DNA from: Chrysomallon squamiferum
Taxonomy: Eukaryota; Animalia; Mollusca
Assembly (NCBI GenBank): GCA_012295275.1
Contig: CM022666.1
Coordinates: 7,316,001 to 7,380,000, forward strand
Length of the DNA: 64,000 nt
Direction of reading: 5' to 3'
Below, piece by piece: positions 56,612 to 64,000 of this stretch; position 1 is the stretch's first letter, and each line of letters opens with the position of its first letter. Both the position numbers and the translations under genes were made by a program. Under the pieces are notes generated by a model, which saw only the letters and a list, made by a program, of their open reading frames with translations, made no database searches and had not been told where the DNA came from.

Positions 56612-57310
56612 GTTTGGTTTCACTTCTAAGTGGTATCAAACGAAATTATACACAAAACTCGTGATTCAAGAGATCTAAAAATGTCGAATGGTTTCACAAT
56701 GAAAATAAAGATGTGTACTTTGAACTTTCCACCATCGCGATGCGACCATTTGTTGTTTAAAAGCATTATTGTGTAAGTTTAAGTTTCATCTATTGAAATT
56801 GTATTTGTGCGTTGTTTGGTGTTTGTGATGGCTAATCAGTTTTGGAATTTCGGTATTTCATTTAACATAAATATAAAATAAAATTAGGCGCAAAAAATAG
56901 CGAGGTAAAATGTGACCCCAAAAGAACCTCACTTCCTGACATCTTCGGGAATTTCCGTCTTTTTCAAGTAGCGTTAAAGGATAAAAGTAGCGAGTTCTTC
57001 TAATCATTTTGTTTTTAAAATGAAAAATTTCATATCTTTCACATTATTATGGCATACATTATTACTATTACTATTTCTACCATATCTGCTTTTGATGTTA
57101 CTTTTATAATATTAATTTCCTCTACTGCTTTAAAATTATATTCATTTGTTAACATTAACGAAAATAAAATACAATTATGTGGAATTTAGAATAGTAATAC
57201 TATTTAATTACTGAATATAATAGTTTATAATGTACGGAAATTGTATAAAGTGGCCATTCAATTTTGCAACTAGCAAAGCAAAACAAAGCAAAACATTTTG
57301 TTTAAAAATC

Positions 57311-57463
57311 ATGGAAACAGTTGTCGATATTCTTAAGTTGACGGAAACTGACGAACTGCCTTTTCGTTTCGTAACGCCACGGCAAACCGAGACTATAATG
57401 TTGATGCCAATAATGAGGTATGCGTTAAAAGATAACAACAAGCTCACGCCTTGGAATATTGAC
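57311..57463 (+). CDS. Possible first coding exon of an unidentified gene divergent from the selenoprotein gene (METVVDILKLTETDELPFRFVTPRQTETIMLMPIMRYALKDNNKLTPWNID)
   Basis: ATG in aatcATGG context, high-complexity open frame ending at a strong GTAAGT donor (57464); no family recognised and no downstream exon confirmed. Confidence 0.35.
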
Positions 57464-58372
57464 GTAAGTAAAACTCTCGTTTACTTTGATAGCTGACGTT
57501 AAGAACAATATGTAAACAAACATTCAGCACCTCGTAATTATTGGAAACACGATCTTCCTGTTATCTGCTTATACGTAATTATTGTTAATGTATTATAAAT
57601 TATGTCGATCAAGCAATGAGTAGGTCTGTTTGGAAACAAACGTATAGGTATAATTATAATAGCACACATTTTTATTCCTGAACCCAGACGGAATTTAGAT
57701 AAAATTATCTGGTAAAATAATTTGGCGCATGTACCTAAGAATGTTAGTGTGTATTTATAGCACGATATAAATATTTAACAACAGAGAGAGAGAAAAAAAA
57801 AAAAAAAAAAAGAAAAAGAACGAGAGAGCAAGAGAGCGAGAGAGAGAGAGAGAGAAAAAATACATGTGGTTATCGATCGTATTTCCTTTGGAATTTTGGT
57901 CGAGAACTGCAGTGTTTGTGTCGATTGCAACAGGAAGTATCTCCCCCACACTGCATCACGCGAAATTCACCCCTCCCCCCTGCAAACCACAATCACCAGA
58001 CACCAGACCACCTGTTGTTTATTGCGATCGGAAAACGTAGAATATACATTTATGGATTTTTATCTTCTTCTTTTTTCCTCTCTCTATCTCTGTGATTATA
58101 GTGCTGTCCAGAATCTGTATTCGGAATGGAAAGTCTGGCGCAGCATTAGCTTGTTAGAGATTATCGGTTACCATTAGCAACCGGCGTGTGTCGTCACAGA
58201 AAGACGTCCCGTGATGCTCGCTGCTGTCGTCTGCTAGCGATGGATGATGATACTCAGAGATTTAAAGGTTAGTGGATTGATTGACCCGAGGGGTGTTCTT
58301 AATCTTTATTATTAATGAGAGGACGAAAAATAAAACAGAAAGAGATGAATACCTAACGCCTGTCTTTGTTTG

Positions 58373-58480
<108 letters not shown>

Positions 58481-59072
58481 AGTGTGTGAGTATCTCAGTC
58501 TCTGAGAGAGAGAGAGAAAGAGAGAGAGAGATTAAAAACACAGCTACACATGGTTTTGTTCTTTTAATACAATGATACAATGTGTACCCATTGCATATGT
58601 CCATGCATAATCACACATACACCCACTTCAGAACAGAAATAATTATATTACACTAATTTAAAACATGAAAACAATTACGTTATTATCTCCCCATTTCTGA
58701 GTTCCCTCCCAGGAAATTTATTTTCAATTTACAACAATTACACCTCTGTTAAATCTTGAAATCTATTTTCCTGTACACAATTGTTCTCTGAAAATGTATT
58801 ATTTATGATTATTATCTCTTTTCCTTCGTGTTTTTGACCTTTACTGCAAATAACTGTCGGCTGTTTCTCAGTTAGCATGCTCTGATGAATATGCATAATA
58901 CCAAACACTGTAATTGTGTTACACCGTGGTAATTTTATTTATACAACATCTGGCCAGTGTAGTATTGTACAGTGACTAATGAAAGGACGATATCTATTTA
59001 TTTGTTTGTATGTATGTATGTATGTATGTATGTGTGTGTGAAAACGTGTGTGTATATGTTTGTGCTGTGTGT

Positions 59073-59115
<43 letters not shown>

Positions 59116-59158
59116 TATATGTTGACAGACTAGTAGATATGGGTGTATTATGTGGGCG

Positions 59159-59228
<70 letters not shown>

Positions 59229-59339
59229 TATGTATGTATGTTTGTATGCATGCATGTATGTATGTATGTATGTATGTATGTATCTGTTTGTTTCTATGTA
59301 AGTGTGTATGTATATATGTATGTATGTATTTTTGTGTGA

Positions 59340-59451
<112 letters not shown>

Positions 59452-59845
59452 GTCCTTTTAACAATATACTTTTTTATCTCTTTTTTTTCACTTCTATACG
59501 TTGCCTGATTTTACATTTTGCCTGTAACGTTTTTGTGTGTTTGTATATTCTTTTTCACTCATTTTTTTTTTCCTCGAGCTAAACCAAACTCACCGCAACA
59601 GACCTATATTTTTCGCGTCACTTCTGCCATTGGTTTTGTGCAGTGGACCTGACTTTGTCGTAATAATGTTGTCGTTTTGAAGGAAATCTATAATTTGTGT
59701 TCAGGTATTCAGCAGCCAGGAAAATAATACGAGTTAAACGGTACCTTTAGTGATATTAACATATTTATTGCATAAGTAATTCAGTACAATCATATTTGAT
59801 TACAGTTCTTTTTACTTGTCCTTGTTTTCTTTTGTGTCCTACATG

Positions 59846-59878
<33 letters not shown>

Positions 59879-60715
59879 CAGTTTGTTTTTGGGTGCAATT
59901 TTCTAACCATAAAGTACCTTAATAATATAAACAAGATGCCGGAAACTATAATTTCCCTTTATGACGTCATCTCGTGAATACATGATTAATTCACTGTATG
60001 CATTTCTTGTATTGTTCTGAAAAACTGTGTTGATTTATAACTGAAATTTCAAGCCTATTTAAATCAGATTTCCTCAGTTTATATATAATTAAATAATAAG
60101 TAAATAATTACTGGGTAAGAACACGATTTTGTGTTCAAACTAAAATTCGAAAATGAATATCTTATTATTTTGTGTTTGATTTCTAAAATAATTTTCTTCA
60201 TTAGAATATCATATCTTTATTTATACCAAAAAATGGATTTATTGCTGAAATAGAAAATGATATAGTTCATTTAAGTTTAAAATTATCGAAAATAATTTTA
60301 ATGGCGTCTTTTTTTTTTTTTTTTTTGATGAAAACAAACAGACCGCTCTACAGAAACGGCTTTGACTGTACATTTATTTTGTCGTTTGTCAGGACAATTA
60401 TACAGCAATGAAATTATAAAACATGCACAGAAGCAGTGCGTTCTGGATTTTTCATTGTGTTTTGTTCAACGCATAGCTTTACGACGTGGCATGTTGTCAG
60501 TGTATGAATTAATTAATCCCACGAGAGTTTGCCCTCTTTATAAATTACTTTGCAATTAATTAACACGTCGACTTAAATAATAAACCCAGACGTCGACAAC
60601 AACGACAACAACAACACTGATAATAATAACAGTAGTTGTTGTTGTTGTTATAGAAGCAGTAGTCGTAGTCTTTGTAGTAGAAATAATGGTAGTTGCAATA
60701 GCAGTTGTAATACTT

Positions 60716-60794
<79 letters not shown>

Positions 60795-61572
60795 TAGTAG
60801 TAGTAGTAATAATAGCTTTAACTGTAACAACAATATAACAACAGCAATGATCTTAATCATTGCAACCGAAGGATGAGTTCGCTTCACTGCTCCTTGTAAG
60901 TTTTTTCCGTTCTAACCACTGCTTCATCATTGGATTATTCAAAGCGTTGCACCTTCTTACAAGATGAATGCAAAATAATTCCATTTCGCTAATAGCAAGG
61001 CGAAAGAACATTAATTTTAGTTTTACTTATATGTTTTTAAAAAAAAATAAAAAATTGAAAAATAAACCAGGCGGGATATGTCAAAACACGTCTGGTTTGA
61101 AGTAATCTGTTTCATCGCGCACTGACCCTCACTCACAAAAAAGGTCGTTGGCTAAAGTCAGTCAAGTATACTGAGCGCCAAAAGAAACGACATATAACAA
61201 TAATTGCTTCAGTATTTCAAAGACGAGAACAAACGACCCTGTTCAATCAGCGACTGATCTTACGTATGATGACAATAAAGTCTTTCATTAGCGAATATAT
61301 TTTTATATTTCCAGACAGTGTCCACGGAAATTATCTGTTAAAAAAAAAAAAAAAATTCTTTGTATTCGATAGGAGTAACTCATTGTATTGAATAAATTTG
61401 GGAAATGTTTCCTTTAGAATACTGTTCTAATATCCGTTACGTGGAATAACCATTGACCTCGAAAACTTTTATTTCTATGCTGTCTCTTTAACAATAAAAA
61501 TAAAACATACTTTGTCATTATGTTGATAAACCATGCATAGAAAAACTTTGACCGATATATGTCTTTTTGTTC

Positions 61573-61603
<31 letters not shown>

Positions 61604-61668
61604 TTATTCTATTCTTTTCTTTTCTTCTCCTCCTCCTTCTTCTTTTTTCTCTTCTTCTTCTTCTTCTT

Positions 61669-61699
<31 letters not shown>

Positions 61700-62067
61700 T
61701 TATTATAAATCTAAATAACAAAATTAATAAAAAAAAAAAGTTATAAAGAAAACAAAACAAAATCTAAATTTCTCTACCACATATTAGTTTCCAGTATTCA
61801 GCTATTATAGCCAAAGACTCACGCTACAACAATAATACAGCTGGTTTTATAATCCACACATAAACACATTCACATAAAAGCTATTTTTATCAAGTACTGA
61901 GCTGTCACTGCTTACTTCTGCTATAGGTAACTGTAATATACACGCACACAATAAGTTTCATTTGATATTTGCTTGCTCAAGCAAATTTAAACTGATTTTA
62001 CTCGAGTAGAATTACCTCGTATGGAAACTGGTTTTTTCCCTTAATAATAATAATAATGATGATGATC

Positions 62068-62122
<55 letters not shown>

Positions 62123-62141
62123 TAAGCAACAACAGCAACAA

Positions 62142-62180
<39 letters not shown>

Positions 62181-62584
62181 ATGCTGGACGAATTAATTTT
62201 ATGACAGAACTGACGAATGAGCTATAAGAAATAAATAATTTTAGACCACTAGTTGGAACGTGAAATTGTCTGATAGTTCCTGCATCAACCACAGTTACAG
62301 ACTGATATCAATACTATTACTACCACTACAACCACTATTTCTACGACTACTGTGAATACTATTAATACTCCTATTATTACTGCTGCTGCTACCACCACCA
62401 CTACCACTACTACAATACTATTTCTATTACAACTACTACCACATCCACTATTAATAATATTGATAACCAACCACAGTATAGTCCGCTTTTAATACAATTA
62501 CTATTGCCATTATTACCACAACCACTACCACTATACTACTACTACTACTACTACTATTACTACTACTACTACTACTACTACTAC

Positions 62585-62625
<41 letters not shown>

Positions 62626-63635
62626 AACTACCATTTATTACTGCTAATACTACTACTACTACCACTTATTACTACTACTACTAATACTACTAATAATAAT
62701 AACTTTAGCTTAGTAATTAGAATACCCTCTCTAGGCGCCTATTAATTCATTTACTCTTCCAAAACTAATCCAAGAATTTTTTCTCTGTTACGTGTTTTCT
62801 TGACTATATGAAAACAAATTAAAAGAATCGTTGATTTTGTTCGATGAGGCTAACATTCGAATTGTCACCGCCGTTACACACAATGCGTACGTCTGTTGCA
62901 CCTACATTACGTGCACTGCGATGTTGTTAAACAAATATTTTATTCGTTCAGGCCTTTATTGAAAGCAGTATAAAACATGCGCCAAGCATGCCAGACAAGC
63001 CGTGTTAAAGAAACTGATATAAAAACACCACAGACGCGTTCAATGGTAAAAGTCAATCCGCCGATCGATGGTTGCCAGTAGCAACCAGTATGTGTGAGGC
63101 GTATCTAATTAATATCTGCAAGAGTCGACAAGTCTTCATTGTTGGTCAGTGTGTCTGTCTCTTTCTCTGTCATTGTGATTTCTGTTTGTATGTCTTTTTT
63201 CTTCTGTGTTTCAGTTCTTTCACTGTTATTTATTTTTTATTTTTTATTTTTTATTTTTTATTTTTTGTTCGTTTTTTTCCTTTCTTTCGATCTTTAATTC
63301 TTTTTGTGAAGACATTTTCCCATTTAATCTATAAGTATATATATATGTATGCAGTATGTCTGTGCATGTGTATATATATATATACATATGTATATGTGTG
63401 TGATATGTATGTGTGTATGATATGTATGTGTGTGTGATATGTATGTGTGTATGTATGTGTGTGTGTCTGTGTGTGTTTGTGAATGAGTGTGTTTGTTATT
63501 TTTGTTGTCTGACGTTTTCTCAGTTCTTATTTATTTTAATTTATCCATCTTTACCTTGATATGTCAGACTAACTTGCTAATTAAGTTGCTAACCAGAGCA
63601 GATAATTCTGTATGCATCACATACATTTAAGGATT

Positions 63636-63670
<35 letters not shown>

Positions 63671-64000
63671 TTTTATAGCCCTGTAATTCGTGTTTGTTAA
63701 TCTCTTCTATTATTCTTTCATTTATTTTCATTTTTATAAACGTTAATTTCCAAAATATGTCTAATTGTCTGTCTCTTTATCCATCCATCTGTATATCTGT
63801 CTGTATGTCTGTGTGTATATATGTCTATCATTATCTCTGTCTATTTATTGTGGTTCTTGTTATTTTTCATTTCAATTTTATTTTATTTTTCAAAAAGTAA
63901 TATTTATTATTAATTTTTTTTTTTAATTTTTTTTAGTTTTATATTATTTTTTTTTAATTTTATTTTATATTATTTTATTTTATTTTATTTATATATTTTT

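Noticed and set aside
56242-56629. ORFs 56242-56586 (-) and 56375-56629 (+)
   Set aside because: Wrong-frame and antisense shadows of the TGA-containing DsbA/FrnE exon 1.

Overview
AT-rich, microsatellite-saturated animal genomic DNA with GT-AG introns, probably from a mollusc or other lophotrochozoan (inference from gene and repeat content). Most ORF-track entries are simple-repeat artefacts. Manual splicing gives five gene models: (1,2) two tandem 4-exon SLC16/MCT-family transporters on + (19542-25920, 418 aa; 35942-39036, 413 aa); (3) a minus-strand PAN/apple + 3 EGF-like + fibrinogen-domain gene (42822-39605) with a 1-bp frameshift in its last exon; (4) a RING/B-box/coiled-coil TRIM gene with an intronless CDS (47516-46578) whose stop codon lies in a 28-bp minisatellite; (5) a 4-exon DsbA/FrnE-family thioredoxin-fold gene (56611-53553). 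The best finding is gene 5: an in-frame TGA at the first redox position (DII-U-PW-C) plus a canonical type II SECIS hairpin in its 3' region (52246-52153), i.e. a selenoprotein whose first exon the ORF track misses. Sec-containing DsbA/FrnE proteins are known from some invertebrates, so the family is not new. Also present: a TA-flanked Tigger/MER46-like MITE, tRNA-derived SINE remnants, several minisatellites (one with ~17 TACGTG motifs upstream of the TRIM gene), a dispersed ~220-bp repeat and a perfect 32-bp AT-rich palindrome. No convincing coding sequence in 1-19.5 kb or after ~58.3 kb.
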